DNA of 64,000 nucleotides from Escherichia phage BP32: the sequence record OR906198.1. One strand, given 5' to 3'. Each line of letters starts with the position of its first letter. Position 1 is the stretch's first letter. Below the pieces are notes generated by a model. That model searched no databases. It was not told the DNA's origin and was given only the letters and a program-made list of their open reading frames with translations. Position numbers and translations under genes: made by a program. This document shows, piece by piece, positions 27,323-37,738 of the stretch.

Positions 27323-29001
27323 AGAATTTTAAACTAAACCGAGTTAGGTATCAAAATATAATGTCAGTAGGTGGAAATCCTATTGACATTCAATTAGATA
27401 AGGTTCAAAAAACTCTTATTACTGGACGAAATGGTGGTGGTAAGTCTACTATGTTAGAAGCCATCACATTTGGGCTTTTTGGCAAGCCATTTCGTGATGT
27501 AAAGAAAGGTCAATTAATAAACAGCACAAATAAGAAAGAGCTTTTAGTTGAACTGTGGATGGAATATGATGAGAAAAAGTACTATATCAAAAGAGGACAA
27601 AAACCAAATGTTTTCGAAATCACCGTTAACGGTACACGTCTTAATGAATCTGCCAGCAGTAAAGATTTCCAAGCAGAATTTGAACAGCTTATCGGAATGT
27701 CATACGCCAGTTTCAAACAGATCGTCGTACTCGGCACGGCTGGATATACCCCTTTTATGGGCCTATCCACTCCTGCAAGAAGAAAACTCGTCGAAGACCT
27801 GCTCGAGGTAGGAACATTAGCTGAAATGGATAAGCTTAATAAAGCACTAATACGTGAATTAAATTCACAAAACCAAGTGCTTGATGTTAAAAAAGATAGT
27901 ATTATCCAACAAATTAAAATATATAATGATAATGTTGAACGCCAGAAAAAATTGTCTGGTGACAATCTTACTCGTCTGCAGAATATGTATGATGATTTGG
28001 CAAAGGAAGCTAGAACGCTAAAATCGGAAATAGAAGAAGCTAATGAAAGATTAGTTAATATTGTTTTAGATGAAGACCCGACTGATGCATTTAATAAAAT
28101 CGGTCAAGAAGCATTTTTAATTAAATCAAAAATTGACTCGTATAATAAAGTCATTAATATGTATCACGAAGGTGGATTATGTCCAACCTGTTTGTCACAA
28201 TTAAGTTCCGGTGATAAAGTTGTTTCTAAAATTAAAGATAAAGTTTCTGAATGCACCCATTCGTTTGAACAGCTTTCAACACATCGTGATAATTTAAAAG
28301 TTCTTGTTGATGAATACCGAGATAATATTAAAACCCAGCAGACGTTGGCGAATGATATTCGCAATAAAAAGCAATCCTTAATCACGACAGTAGATAAAGC
28401 TAAAAAGGTTAAAGCGGCTATAGAAAAAGCATCATCCGAGTTTATTGACCATGCTGATGAAATAGCACTGCTTCAAGAAGAACTTGATAAAATTGTTAAG
28501 ACAAAAACTAATTTAGTAATGGAAAAATACCATAGAGGAATTTTGACTGATATGCTCAAAGATTCTGGTATTAAAGGTGCTATTATTAAAAAGTACATTC
28601 CATTATTTAATAAGCAAATTAACCATTATCTTAAAATAATGGAAGCGGATTATGTGTTTACATTAGATGAAGAATTTAATGAGACAATTAAATCCCGTGG
28701 TCGTGAAGATTTTAGTTATGCTTCATTTAGTGAAGGTGAAAAAGCACGAATTGATATTGCTCTTTTATTTACTTGGCGTGATATTGCTTCTATCGTATCT
28801 GGGGTTAGTATTAGTACATTAATTCTTGATGAAGTGTTTGACGGGTCATTTGATGCCGAAGGTATTAAAGGTGTAGCTAATATTATAAATTCAATGAAAA
28901 ATACTAATGTTTTTATAATTTCGCATAAAGACCATGACCCGCAAGAATATGGTCAACATCTTCAAATGAAGAAAGTTGGTCGATTTACTGTAATGGTTTA
29001 A
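27319..29001 (+). CDS. 46: recombination endonuclease subunit (Rad50-like ATPase)
   Basis: 560 aa; Walker A GRNGGGKST; long coiled coil; CxxC hook; GTG start. Confidence 0.95.
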   Translation: MKNFKLNRVRYQNIMSVGGNPIDIQLDKVQKTLITGRNGGGKSTMLEAITFGLFGKPFRDVKKGQLINSTNKKELLVELWMEYDEKKYYIKRGQKPNVFEITVNGTRLNESASSKDFQAEFEQLIGMSYASFKQIVVLGTAGYTPFMGLSTPARRKLVEDLLEVGTLAEMDKLNKALIRELNSQNQVLDVKKDSIIQQIKIYNDNVERQKKLSGDNLTRLQNMYDDLAKEARTLKSEIEEANERLVNIVLDEDPTDAFNKIGQEAFLIKSKIDSYNKVINMYHEGGLCPTCLSQLSSGDKVVSKIKDKVSECTHSFEQLSTHRDNLKVLVDEYRDNIKTQQTLANDIRNKKQSLITTVDKAKKVKAAIEKASSEFIDHADEIALLQEELDKIVKTKTNLVMEKYHRGILTDMLKDSGIKGAIIKKYIPLFNKQINHYLKIMEADYVFTLDEEFNETIKSRGREDFSYASFSEGEKARIDIALLFTWRDIASIVSGVSISTLILDEVFDGSFDAEGIKGVANIINSMKNTNVFIISHKDHDPQEYGQHLQMKKVGRFTVMV

Positions 29002-29056
29002 TTTATAAGAGATTATGCTTTAATTTATTAGAGTATAATCTCTATGGAGGAAAAAC

Positions 29057-29245
29057 ATGGAATATTCAACTGGACAGCATCTATTAACTATTCCTGAAAT
29101 AAAACGATATATTCTGAGAAATAATTTTTCTAATGAAGAGCATATAGTTACTGAATCTATGCTTAAGAATGCATTTAAAGCAGAATATACGAAAATAATG
29201 TCCAACAGAAATGAAGCTTGGACTGTTACTGATTATTATGACTAA
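29057..29245 (+). CDS. hypothetical protein (45.2 position, 62 aa)
   Basis: GGAGGAAAA RBS; size and position between 46 and rpbA. Confidence 0.6.
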   Translation: MEYSTGQHLLTIPEIKRYILRNNFSNEEHIVTESMLKNAFKAEYTKIMSNRNEAWTVTDYYD

Positions 29246-29254
29246 AGGTGTATT

Positions 29255-29644
29255 ATGACTAAAATTACTGTGAATTATACTGTTGATGTAAAAGATATTC
29301 AGCCAAAACACGTGCGTTCTGAATCAAATCCACAAAACCAAAATAAAATTCGTCGAGCATGGGTTTTGTCTCTTTCTGATAACGCGATGGAAGTTATTCA
29401 GAACAAAATTAAATCTGCACCTGCTCGTCATGCGTATTATGAAGCTATCGATCGTGAAGTGAGTGATAAATGGATTGAACTGATGCGCAAACATACGACA
29501 GAATCTCTAAACGCTGGTGCTAAATTTATTATGACTTCATGTGGTGAACGCCTTGAAGATGATTATTGCGGTAATGCAGATGAACGTCTAATTGTTGCTG
29601 CTCAAATTGTTGCGGAAACAATTGCTGCTGATTTTAATCGTTAA
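29255..29644 (+). CDS. rpbA: RNA polymerase binding protein
   Basis: 129 aa immediately upstream of gene 45. Confidence 0.8.
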   Translation: MTKITVNYTVDVKDIQPKHVRSESNPQNQNKIRRAWVLSLSDNAMEVIQNKIKSAPARHAYYEAIDREVSDKWIELMRKHTTESLNAGAKFIMTSCGERLEDDYCGNADERLIVAAQIVAETIAADFNR

Positions 29645-29668
29645 TTGCTTTATTAAATTAGTTATAAA
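29643..29668 (+). promoter_or_regulatory. candidate middle promoter (MotA box TGCTTTA plus -10)
   Basis: aattgcttta then about 11 bp then tataaa upstream of gene 45. Confidence 0.35.
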
Positions 29669-29699
29669 ATTAAATCTCATTTGAATTGAAGGAAATTAC

Positions 29700-30386
29700 A
29701 TGAAACTGTCTAAAGATACTACTGCTCTGCTTAAAAATTTCGCTACTATTAACTCTGGTATTATGCTTAAATCCGGTCAATTTATTATGACTCGCGCGGT
29801 TAATGGTACAACTTATGCGGAAGCAAATATTTCTGACACTATTGATTTTGATGTAGCAATTTACGATTTGAACGGTTTTCTCGGTATTCTGTCTCTAGTT
29901 AATGATGATGCAGAAATTTCCCAGTCAGAAGATGGTAATATTAAAATTGCTGATGCCCGTTCAACAATTTTTTGGCCAGCAGCCGATCCGAGTACAGTAG
30001 TTGCTCCTAATAAACCAATTCCATTCCCGGTAGCATCTGTTGTTACTGAAATTAAAGCTGAAGACCTTCAACAGCTATTGCGTGTATCTCGTGGTCTGCA
30101 GATTGATACAATTGCTATCACAGTAAAAGAAGGTAAAATCGTAATTAACGGTTTTAATAAAGTAGAAGATTCTGCTTTGACTCGTGTTAAATATTCTTTG
30201 ACTCTTGGTGATTATGATGGTGAAAATACATTTAATTTCATTATCAATATGGCAAATATGAAAATGCAACCAGGAAATTATAAACTGCTGCTCTGGGCAA
30301 AAGGTAAACAAGGCGCTGCTAAATTTGAAGGTGAACATGCGAATTATGTAGTAGCTCTTGAAGCTGATTCTACCCACGACTTTTAA
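29700..30386 (+). CDS. 45: sliding clamp
   Basis: 228 aa; sequence recognised. Confidence 0.95.
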   Translation: MKLSKDTTALLKNFATINSGIMLKSGQFIMTRAVNGTTYAEANISDTIDFDVAIYDLNGFLGILSLVNDDAEISQSEDGNIKIADARSTIFWPAADPSTVVAPNKPIPFPVASVVTEIKAEDLQQLLRVSRGLQIDTIAITVKEGKIVINGFNKVEDSALTRVKYSLTLGDYDGENTFNFIINMANMKMQPGNYKLLLWAKGKQGAAKFEGEHANYVVALEADSTHDF

Positions 30387-30387
30387 T

Positions 30388-30406
30388 AAAGGGCTTCGGC
30401 CCTTTA
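30388..30406 (+). terminator. rho-independent terminator (GCTTCGGC hairpin)
   Basis: aaagggc-ttcg-gcccttt. Confidence 0.65.
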
Positions 30407-30437
30407 TAATTTACACTAAAACTTGAATGAGGAAATT

Positions 30438-31397
30438 ATGATTACTGTAAATGAAAAAGAACACATTCTTGAACAGAAATATCGTCCATCTACTATCGAT
30501 GAATGTATTCTTCCCGCCTTTGATAAAGAAACCTTTAAATCTATTACAAGTAAAGGTAAGATTCCACATATTATTCTTCATTCTCCTTCTCCAGGAACAG
30601 GTAAAACAACCGTAGCAAAAGCATTGTGTCATGATGTAAATGCTGATATGATGTTTGTGAATGGCTCAGATTGTAAAATTGATTTCGTTCGCGGTCCTTT
30701 GACCAATTTTGCTAGCGCAGCTTCATTTGATGGTCGTCAAAAAGTAATCGTTATTGATGAATTTGACCGTTCAGGGTTAGCAGAGTCTCAGCGACATCTT
30801 CGTTCCTTTATGGAAGCTTATAGTTCAAACTGTAGTATTATTATTACTGCTAACAATATTGATGGTATTATTAAACCACTTCAGTCACGCTGTCGAGTTA
30901 TTACATTCGGTCAACCGACCGATGAAGATAAAATTGAAATGATGAAGCAGATGATTCGTCGATTGACTGAAATCTGTAAGCATGAAGGAATTGCTATAGC
31001 TGATATGAAAGTTGTAGCAGCTTTGGTTAAAAAGAATTTTCCTGATTTTCGTAAAACTATTGGTGAGCTCGATAGTTATTCATCTAAAGGTGTTTTGGAT
31101 GCTGGTATTTTATCACTGGTTACTAACGATCGTGGTGCTATTGATGATGTTCTTGAATCTCTCAAAAATAAAGATGTTAAACAGCTCAGAGCTTTAGCAC
31201 CAAAATATGCAGCTGATTATTCGTGGTTCGTAGGTAAACTTGCCGAAGAAATCTATACACGTGTAACTCCACAGAGTATTATTCGTATGTATGAAATTGT
31301 TGGTGAAAATAACCAGTATCATGGAATTGCGGCTAATACGGAATTACATTTAGCATATCTTTTCATTCAATTGGCATGCGAAATGCAGTGGAAGTGA
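30438..31397 (+). CDS. 44: clamp loader large subunit
   Basis: 319 aa from ATG 30438 (GAGGAAA RBS); Walker [11 protein letters not shown]. Confidence 0.97.
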   Translation: MITVNEKEHILEQKYRPSTIDECILPAFDKETFKSITSKGKIPHIILHSPSPGTGKTTVAKALCHDVNADMMFVNGSDCKIDFVRGPLTNFASAASFDGRQKVIVIDEFDRSGLAESQRHLRSFMEAYSSNCSIIITANNIDGIIKPLQSRCRVITFGQPTDEDKIEMMKQMIRRLTEICKHEGIAIADMKVVAALVKKNFPDFRKTIGELDSYSSKGVLDAGILSLVTNDRGAIDDVLESLKNKDVKQLRALAPKYAADYSWFVGKLAEEIYTRVTPQSIIRMYEIVGENNQYHGIAANTELHLAYLFIQLACEMQWK

Positions 31398-31398
31398 T

Positions 31399-31962
31399 AT
31401 GAGCTTATTTGAAGATGATATTCAATTAAACGAGCATCAAGTTGCTTGGTATTCAAAAGATTGGACAGCTGTCCAATCTGCTGCTGATTCTTTTAAAGAA
31501 AAAGTTGAAAATGAATTTTTTGAAATAATTGGAGCTATCAATAATAAAATTAAATGCTCTATTGCTCAAAAAGATTATTCAAAATACATGGTTGAGAATG
31601 CATTATCACAATTTCCGGAGTGCATGCCAGCTGTATATGCTATGAATTTAATTGGATCAGGTTTAAGCGATGAAGCCCATTTTAATTATCTGATGGCTGC
31701 TGTTCCTCGGGGTAAAAGATATGGTAAATGGGCAAAACTGGTTGAAGATTCTACCGAAGTATTGATTATTAAGTTACTTGCTAAGCGGTATCAAGTTAAT
31801 ACAAATGATGCAATTAACTATAAATCAATTCTTACTAAAAATGGAAAACTTCCTTTAGTATTAAAAGAACTAAAAGGTTTAGTCACGGATGATTTTTTGA
31901 AAGAAGTGACTAAGAATGTAAAAGAACAGAAACAACTCAAAAAACTAGCATTGGAATGGTAA
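31399..31962 (+). CDS. 62: clamp loader small subunit
   Basis: 187 aa; position between 44 and regA. Confidence 0.9.
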   Translation: MSLFEDDIQLNEHQVAWYSKDWTAVQSAADSFKEKVENEFFEIIGAINNKIKCSIAQKDYSKYMVENALSQFPECMPAVYAMNLIGSGLSDEAHFNYLMAAVPRGKRYGKWAKLVEDSTEVLIIKLLAKRYQVNTNDAINYKSILTKNGKLPLVLKELKGLVTDDFLKEVTKNVKEQKQLKKLALEW

Positions 31963-31963
31963 A

Positions 31964-32332
31964 ATGATTGAAATTACTCTTAAAAAACCTGAAGATTTTC
32001 TGAAAGTAAAAGAAACCTTGACTCGTATGGGAATTGCTAATAATAAAGATAAAGTTCTGTATCAGTCCTGCCACATTCTTCAGAAAAAAGGACTATACTA
32101 TATCGTTCATTTTAAAGAAATGCTTCGTATGGATGGTCGTCAAGTTGAAATGACAGAAGAAGATGAAGTTCGTCGTGATTCGATTGCATGGCTGTTAGAA
32201 GATTGGGGACTGATTGAAATCGCTCCCGGTCAAAGAACTTTTATGAAAGATTTAACTAATAACTTCCGAGTTATTTCTTTTAAGCAAAAACATGAATGGA
32301 AACTCGTTCCTAAATATACGATTGGTAATTAA
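31964..32332 (+). CDS. regA: translational repressor RegA
   Basis: 122 aa; sequence recognised. Confidence 0.9.
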   Translation: MIEITLKKPEDFLKVKETLTRMGIANNKDKVLYQSCHILQKKGLYYIVHFKEMLRMDGRQVEMTEEDEVRRDSIAWLLEDWGLIEIAPGQRTFMKDLTNNFRVISFKQKHEWKLVPKYTIGN

Positions 32333-32336
32333 GCAA

Positions 32337-32356
32337 GGGGCTTCGGCCCCTTATTT
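32337..32356 (+). terminator. rho-independent terminator (GCTTCGGC hairpin)
   Basis: ggggc-ttcg-gcccc followed by ttattt. Confidence 0.7.
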
Positions 32357-32373
32357 GGAGTATAATATATCAA

Positions 32374-32410
32374 GAGCCTAATAACTCGGGCTATAAACTA
32401 AGGAATATCT
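32374..32410 (+). promoter_or_regulatory. gene 43 translational operator (gp43 autoregulatory RNA hairpin)
   Basis: agagcctaataactcgggctataaactaaggaatatct directly before ATG 32411; matches my recollection of the T4 operator. Confidence 0.6.
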
Positions 32411-35107
32411 ATGAAAGAATTTTATATCTCTATTGAAACAGTCGGAAATAGCATTGTTGAACGTTATATTGATGAAAATGGAAAGGAACGTACTCGTGAA
32501 GTAGAATATCTTCCGACTATGTTTAGGCATTGTAAGGAAGAGTCAAAATACAAAGACATTTATGGTAAAAATTGCGCTCCTCAAAAATTTCCATCAATGA
32601 AAGATGCCCGAGATTGGATGAAACGAATGGAAGACATCGGTCTCGAAGCTCTTGGTATGAACGATTTTAAACTCGCTTATATCAGTGATACATATGGTTC
32701 AGAAATTGTTTATGACCGAAAATTTGTTCGTGTAGCTAACTGTGACATTGAGGTTACTGGTGATAAATTTCCTGACCCAATGAAAGCAGAATATGAAATT
32801 GATGCTATCACACATTATGATTCAATTGACGACCGTTTTTACGTCTTTGATTTGTTGAATTCAATGTACGGTTCAGTATCAAAATGGGATGCAAAGTTAG
32901 CTGCTAAGCTTGACTGTGAAGGTGGTGATGAAGTTCCTCAAGAAATTCTTGACCGAGTAATTTATATGCCATTTGATAATGAGCGTGATATGCTCATGGA
33001 ATATATTAATCTCTGGGAACAGAAACGACCTGCTATTTTTACCGGTTGGAATATTGAGGGATTTGACGTTCCGTATATCATGAATCGTGTTAAAATGGTT
33101 CTCGGTGAACGTAGTATGAAACGCTTCTCTCCAATCGGTCGAGTAAAATCTAAACTAATTCAAAATATGTACGGTAGCAAAGAAATTTATTCTATTGATG
33201 GCGTATCTATTCTTGATTATTTAGATTTGTACAAGAAATTCGCATTTACTAATTTGCCATCGTTCTCTTTGGAATCAGTTGCTCAGCATGAAACCAAAAA
33301 AGGTAAATTACCGTACGATGGTCCTATTAATAAACTTCGTGAGACTAATCATCAACGATACATTAGTTATAACATCATTGACGTAGAATCAGTTCAAGCA
33401 ATTGATAAAATTCGTGGGTTTATCGATCTAGTTTTAAGTATGTCTTATTATGCTAAAATGCCTTTTTCTGGTGTAATGAGTCCTATTAAAACTTGGGATG
33501 CTATTATTTTTAACTCACTGAAAGGTGAACATAAGGTTATTCCTCAACAAGGTTCGCACGTTAAACAAAGTTTTCCAGGTGCATTTGTGTTTGAACCTAA
33601 ACCGATTGCTCGTCGATACATTATGAGTTTTGACTTGACGTCTCTGTATCCTAGCATTATTCGTCAGGTTAACATTAGTCCTGAGACTATTCGTGGACAG
33701 TTTAAAGTTCATCCAATTCATGAATATATCGCAGGAACAGCTCCTAAGCCAAGTGATGAATATTCTTGTTCTCCGAATGGATGGATGTATGATAAGCATC
33801 AAGAAGGTATCATTCCAAAGGAAATCGCTAAAGTATTTTTCCAGCGTAAAGATTGGAAAAAGAAAATGTTCGCTGAAGAAATGAATGCCGAAGCTATTAA
33901 AAAGATTATTATGAAAGGTGCAGGGTCTTGTTCAACTAAACCAGAAGTTGAACGATATGTTAAGTTCAATGATGATTTCTTAAACGAATTATCGAATTAC
34001 ACTGAATCTGTTCTTAATAGTCTGATCGAAGAATGTGAAAAAGCAGCTACACTTGCTAACACAAATCAGCTGAACCGTAAAATTCTTATTAACAGTCTTT
34101 ATGGTGCTCTTGGTAACATTCATTTCCGCTATTATGATTTGCGAAATGCTACTGCTATCACAATTTTTGGTCAAGTTGGTATTCAGTGGATTGCTCGTAA
34201 AATTAATGAATATCTGAATAAAGTATGTGGAACTGATGGTGAAGATTTCATCGCAGCAGGTGATACTGATTCGGTATATGTTTGTGTAGATAAAGTAATT
34301 GAAAAAGTAGGTCTTGACCGCTTTAAAGAACAAAATGATTTAGTTGAATTCATGAATCAGTTCGGTAAGAAAAAGATGGAACCTATGATTGATGTTGCAT
34401 ATCGTGAGTTATGTGATTATATGAATAACCGCGAGCATCTGATGCATATGGACCGTGAAGCTATTTCTTGTCCTCCGCTTGGTTCAAAGGGTGTTGGTGG
34501 ATTTTGGAAAGCGAAAAAGCGTTATGCTCTGAACGTTTATGATATGGAAGATAAGCGATTTGCTGAACCGCATCTAAAAATCATGGGTATGGAAACTCAA
34601 CAGAGCTCAACACCAAAAGCAGTACAAGAAGCTCTCGAAGAAAGTATTCGTCGTATTCTTCAGGAAGGTGAAGAGTCTGTCCAAGAATACTACAAGAACT
34701 TTGAGAAAGAATATCGTCAACTTGACTATAAAGTTATTGCTGAAGTAAAAACTGCGAACGATATAGCGAAATATGATGATAAAGGTTGGCCAGGATTTAA
34801 ATGCCCGTTCCACATTCGTGGGGTGCTAACTTATCGTCGAGCTGTTAATGGTTTAGGTGTAGCTCCAATTTTGGATGGAAATAAGGTAATGGTTCTTCCA
34901 TTACGTGAAGGAAATCCATTTGGTGATAAGTGCATTGCTTGGCCGTCGGGTACGGAACTTCCAAAAGAAATTCGTTCTGATGTACTGTCTTGGATTGACT
35001 ACTCAACTTTGTTCCAAAAATCGTTTGTTAAACCGCTTGCGGGCATGTGTGAATCGGCAGGTATGGACTATGAGGAAAAAGCTTCGTTAGACTTCCTGTT
35101 TGGCTGA
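32411..35107 (+). CDS. 43: DNA polymerase (family B)
   Basis: 898 aa; exonuclease and polymerase motifs (DTDS); sequence recognised. Confidence 0.98.
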   Translation: MKEFYISIETVGNSIVERYIDENGKERTREVEYLPTMFRHCKEESKYKDIYGKNCAPQKFPSMKDARDWMKRMEDIGLEALGMNDFKLAYISDTYGSEIVYDRKFVRVANCDIEVTGDKFPDPMKAEYEIDAITHYDSIDDRFYVFDLLNSMYGSVSKWDAKLAAKLDCEGGDEVPQEILDRVIYMPFDNERDMLMEYINLWEQKRPAIFTGWNIEGFDVPYIMNRVKMVLGERSMKRFSPIGRVKSKLIQNMYGSKEIYSIDGVSILDYLDLYKKFAFTNLPSFSLESVAQHETKKGKLPYDGPINKLRETNHQRYISYNIIDVESVQAIDKIRGFIDLVLSMSYYAKMPFSGVMSPIKTWDAIIFNSLKGEHKVIPQQGSHVKQSFPGAFVFEPKPIARRYIMSFDLTSLYPSIIRQVNISPETIRGQFKVHPIHEYIAGTAPKPSDEYSCSPNGWMYDKHQEGIIPKEIAKVFFQRKDWKKKMFAEEMNAEAIKKIIMKGAGSCSTKPEVERYVKFNDDFLNELSNYTESVLNSLIEECEKAATLANTNQLNRKILINSLYGALGNIHFRYYDLRNATAITIFGQVGIQWIARKINEYLNKVCGTDGEDFIAAGDTDSVYVCVDKVIEKVGLDRFKEQNDLVEFMNQFGKKKMEPMIDVAYRELCDYMNNREHLMHMDREAISCPPLGSKGVGGFWKAKKRYALNVYDMEDKRFAEPHLKIMGMETQQSSTPKAVQEALEESIRRILQEGEESVQEYYKNFEKEYRQLDYKVIAEVKTANDIAKYDDKGWPGFKCPFHIRGVLTYRRAVNGLGVAPILDGNKVMVLPLREGNPFGDKCIAWPSGTELPKEIRSDVLSWIDYSTLFQKSFVKPLAGMCESAGMDYEEKASLDFLFG

Positions 35108-35120
35108 TAGAATAAATCTA

Positions 35121-35141
35121 GGGACCTCCGGGTCCCTTTTT
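35121..35141 (+). terminator. rho-independent terminator
   Basis: gggacc-tccg-ggtccc followed by T5. Confidence 0.8.
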
Positions 35142-35224
35142 CATACAAGTAATATAAATCTATACTTAGGAAAAATAGATGATTCTGGGCCCTTTGAATT
35201 CATTAAAAATTTTTTCACAAAATG

Positions 35225-35254
35225 GTTTACATCCCGGTTCCTTTATGGTACTAT
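35225..35254 (+). promoter_or_regulatory. T4-type early promoter with conserved leader
   Basis: gtttac...17 bp...tactat; leader nearly identical to 8492-8543. Confidence 0.65.
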
Positions 35255-35288
35255 ATAACTATCAACTGATACGGATTTGGAGAATGAA

Positions 35289-35669
35289 ATGAAAATCGCT
35301 ATTTTGGTTATTGCATTGGGTCTTACTGGTTGTGTAGCTCAAGGACCAGTAGTAAATCAGTCTGATGTAGGAAAAATTGTAAACTGTTCAAGCAAATTTT
35401 ATAATCCTAATGTTAAGTGTTATAAAGAAGCTCCAAAACAGACAGTAGAACAAATGCAGGCGAATTTTGACGAAGCTATTCGTCCAGATGAATCTGCCCA
35501 AGCATATCGTAATTCAGATGTAATTACACGCGAAGAAAAAATTGAAAGCTACTGCGCTGAACTTTGGGCTAATTGGGCTAATAATTACCAATGGCGTACT
35601 GGTAAAAATGCTCCGATGGAGTATGTAGTGAATTCTTATAATTCATGTGTAAAAAATTTGACTAAGTGA
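35289..35669 (+). CDS. predicted lipoprotein
   Basis: signal peptide with lipobox LTGC; GGAGA RBS; 126 aa. Confidence 0.6.
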   Translation: MKIAILVIALGLTGCVAQGPVVNQSDVGKIVNCSSKFYNPNVKCYKEAPKQTVEQMQANFDEAIRPDESAQAYRNSDVITREEKIESYCAELWANWANNYQWRTGKNAPMEYVVNSYNSCVKNLTK

Positions 35670-35676
35670 GGAAAAC

Positions 35677-35928
35677 ATGGAAACTTTAGTAGCAGGTTCA
35701 ATTTTTATGGTTTTAGTTTCAGGCGTGTTGGCTATTATTATATACATGCTTCCATGGTTCATCGCCTTGATGCGTGGGTCAAAATCGACAGTAGGAATCT
35801 TTTTTACATCTTTACTGTTTAACTGGTCAATCATTGGTTGGTTTATTACATTTATTTGGTCAATTGCGGGTGAAACCAAAAAGTCTGCACAGCCAAATCA
35901 AGTAATTATCATCAGAGAGAAGGAATGA
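35677..35928 (+). CDS. imm: immunity to superinfection membrane protein
   Basis: 83 aa, two TM helices; position between 43 and 42. Confidence 0.8.
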   Translation: METLVAGSIFMVLVSGVLAIIIYMLPWFIALMRGSKSTVGIFFTSLLFNWSIIGWFITFIWSIAGETKKSAQPNQVIIIREKE

Positions 35929-36074
35929 AAAGCAAAATTATAGCAGTGTTGCTTTTAATCTTGATGATTATAATAAGTATATACTATAGTGTAACGGTTC
36001 CTTGCATGATTCCAACTATTATTTTAGGTTGGGGTTTATTACTGTTACAAGTTAAATATGAATGTATCAATTGA
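35925..36074 (+). CDS. small hydrophobic peptide (49 aa)
   Basis: ATGA overlap with imm stop; below the ORF track cutoff. Confidence 0.4.
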   Translation: MKSKIIAVLLLILMIIISIYYSVTVPCMIPTIILGWGLLLLQVKYECIN

Positions 36075-36081
36075 GGTTTAA

Positions 36082-36822
36082 ATGATTAGTGACTCTATGA
36101 CAGTTGAAGAAATCCGTCTTCATTTGGGGCTTGCATTAAAAGAAAAAGATTTCGTAGTTGATAAAACTGGTGTTAAAACTATTGAAATTATTGGCGCATC
36201 ATTTGTAGCAGATGAACCGTTTATTTTTGGCGCTCTTAATGATGAATACATTCAGCGTGAACTTGAATGGTATAAATCTAAGAGCTTGTTTGTTAAAGAT
36301 ATTCCAGGTGAAACACCAAAGATTTGGCAGCAGGTAGCATCTTCTAAAGGCGAAATTAACTCGAATTATGGTTGGGCTATCTGGTCAGAAGATAACTATG
36401 CTCAGTATGATATGTGTTTAGCTGAACTTGGTCAAAATCCTGATTCTCGGCGTGGTATCATGATTTATACTCGTCCATCCATGCAGTTTGACTACAACAA
36501 AGATGGTATGTCAGATTTCATGTGTACGAATACAGTACAGTATCTGATTCGTGATAAGAAAGTCAATGCAGTAGTTAACATGCGCTCAAATGACGTGGTC
36601 TTCGGATTCCGCAATGATTATGCGTGGCAAAAATACGTACTAGATAAATTAGTATCTGATTTGAATGCAGGTGATTCAACTCGTCAGTATAAAGCAGGTT
36701 CCATTATATGGAATGTCGGAAGCCTTCACGTGTATTCTCGTCATTTTTATTTGGTCGACCATTGGTGGAAAACTGGCGAAACTCATATTGCGAAAAAAGA
36801 TTATAATGGTGAGTGGAAATGA
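36082..36822 (+). CDS. 42: dCMP hydroxymethylase
   Basis: 246 aa; thymidylate-synthase-like fold; sequence recognised. Confidence 0.95.
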   Translation: MISDSMTVEEIRLHLGLALKEKDFVVDKTGVKTIEIIGASFVADEPFIFGALNDEYIQRELEWYKSKSLFVKDIPGETPKIWQQVASSKGEINSNYGWAIWSEDNYAQYDMCLAELGQNPDSRRGIMIYTRPSMQFDYNKDGMSDFMCTNTVQYLIRDKKVNAVVNMRSNDVVFGFRNDYAWQKYVLDKLVSDLNAGDSTRQYKAGSIIWNVGSLHVYSRHFYLVDHWWKTGETHIAKKDYNGEWK

Positions 36823-37661
36823 TTCAATTCGTAATTCCAAGCTATCAACGTGTAGGGGCAGTTTCTGCCCTTGATATGTTTCCATCTGATTATGAACCAC
36901 ATATTGTAGTACGTGAACATGAAGAAAAAGCTTATTATGACGCTTACGGGTCTAGAGCTAAAATTATAACTATTCCTGATGATGTCAATGGAATTGCTGG
37001 TACTCGTAAAGCGATTACTGATATGTATGCAGGTCAGCGAATTTGGATGATTGATGATGATACTACTATTCGTATGAGTTCAATGCGAAAGAAAGATGAT
37101 CGTCGCTGCGTAGATAAAATTAATCAGTTAACTCGTGAACAATTCTATGAATTGATTCAATACGTTGAAGATGCCATGGATTGCGGGTATTATCACGGTC
37201 ATGCTCGTTTACCTATTTTTAAAATTACTTCATCTTGGGGTAATTATCGTGAAAATTCATATGGATTCACGAATACATGGTATGACCTTGGAAAACTTAC
37301 AACAGAACAAATTGGGTATGGAAAAATTGATTTATGCGAAGATATGTATGCATTTCTCAATTTAATTAATCAAGGTTATCCGCATTTGGCCTTGTTCAAA
37401 TATCTGGTTGTATCCGGAAAAGCACAGGCTCCCGGTGGATGCAGCTCAATTCGTAGTAATTCTAAGCATAATAGAGCTCTTGAGCAAATCAATAAAGAGT
37501 TTCCAGAGCAAGCTCGTTGGAAAACTTCTAATATTGAAAAACGAAAATCATTAGGTGAAGAAGACGAGCCATTAAAGGTTCTTCGCATGTGTGTTTCGCG
37601 CAAAGAAAAGTCAGAAGCGTTTCATAAGTTTAATGCTATTCATCCAATAGCAGTTGATTAA
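36819..37661 (+). CDS. GT-A-like glycosyltransferase at the beta-gt locus (not T4 beta-gt; possibly a T2/T6-type beta-glucosyl-HMC-alpha-glucosyltransferase)
   Basis: 280 aa with DDD motif (WMIDDDTT); sits between 42 and uvsX; sequence unlike T4 beta-gt as I recall it. Confidence 0.55.
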   Translation: MIQFVIPSYQRVGAVSALDMFPSDYEPHIVVREHEEKAYYDAYGSRAKIITIPDDVNGIAGTRKAITDMYAGQRIWMIDDDTTIRMSSMRKKDDRRCVDKINQLTREQFYELIQYVEDAMDCGYYHGHARLPIFKITSSWGNYRENSYGFTNTWYDLGKLTTEQIGYGKIDLCEDMYAFLNLINQGYPHLALFKYLVVSGKAQAPGGCSSIRSNSKHNRALEQINKEFPEQARWKTSNIEKRKSLGEEDEPLKVLRMCVSRKEKSEAFHKFNAIHPIAVD

Positions 37662-37738
37662 TGCCTAAATTTATTGTGTTATAATTACCCTATCTTTAAC
37701 CAGTGAGGAAAATATAATGATGCCTATGGAAAAAATGA

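Noticed and set aside
33989-34333. Minus-strand ORFs lying inside plus-strand genes (for example 33989-34333 and 33515-33802 within gene 43, 55876-56349, 53161-53559, 27582-27965)
   Set aside because: They are antisense to well-supported conserved coding sequences, lack RBSs and are expected by chance in AT-rich DNA.
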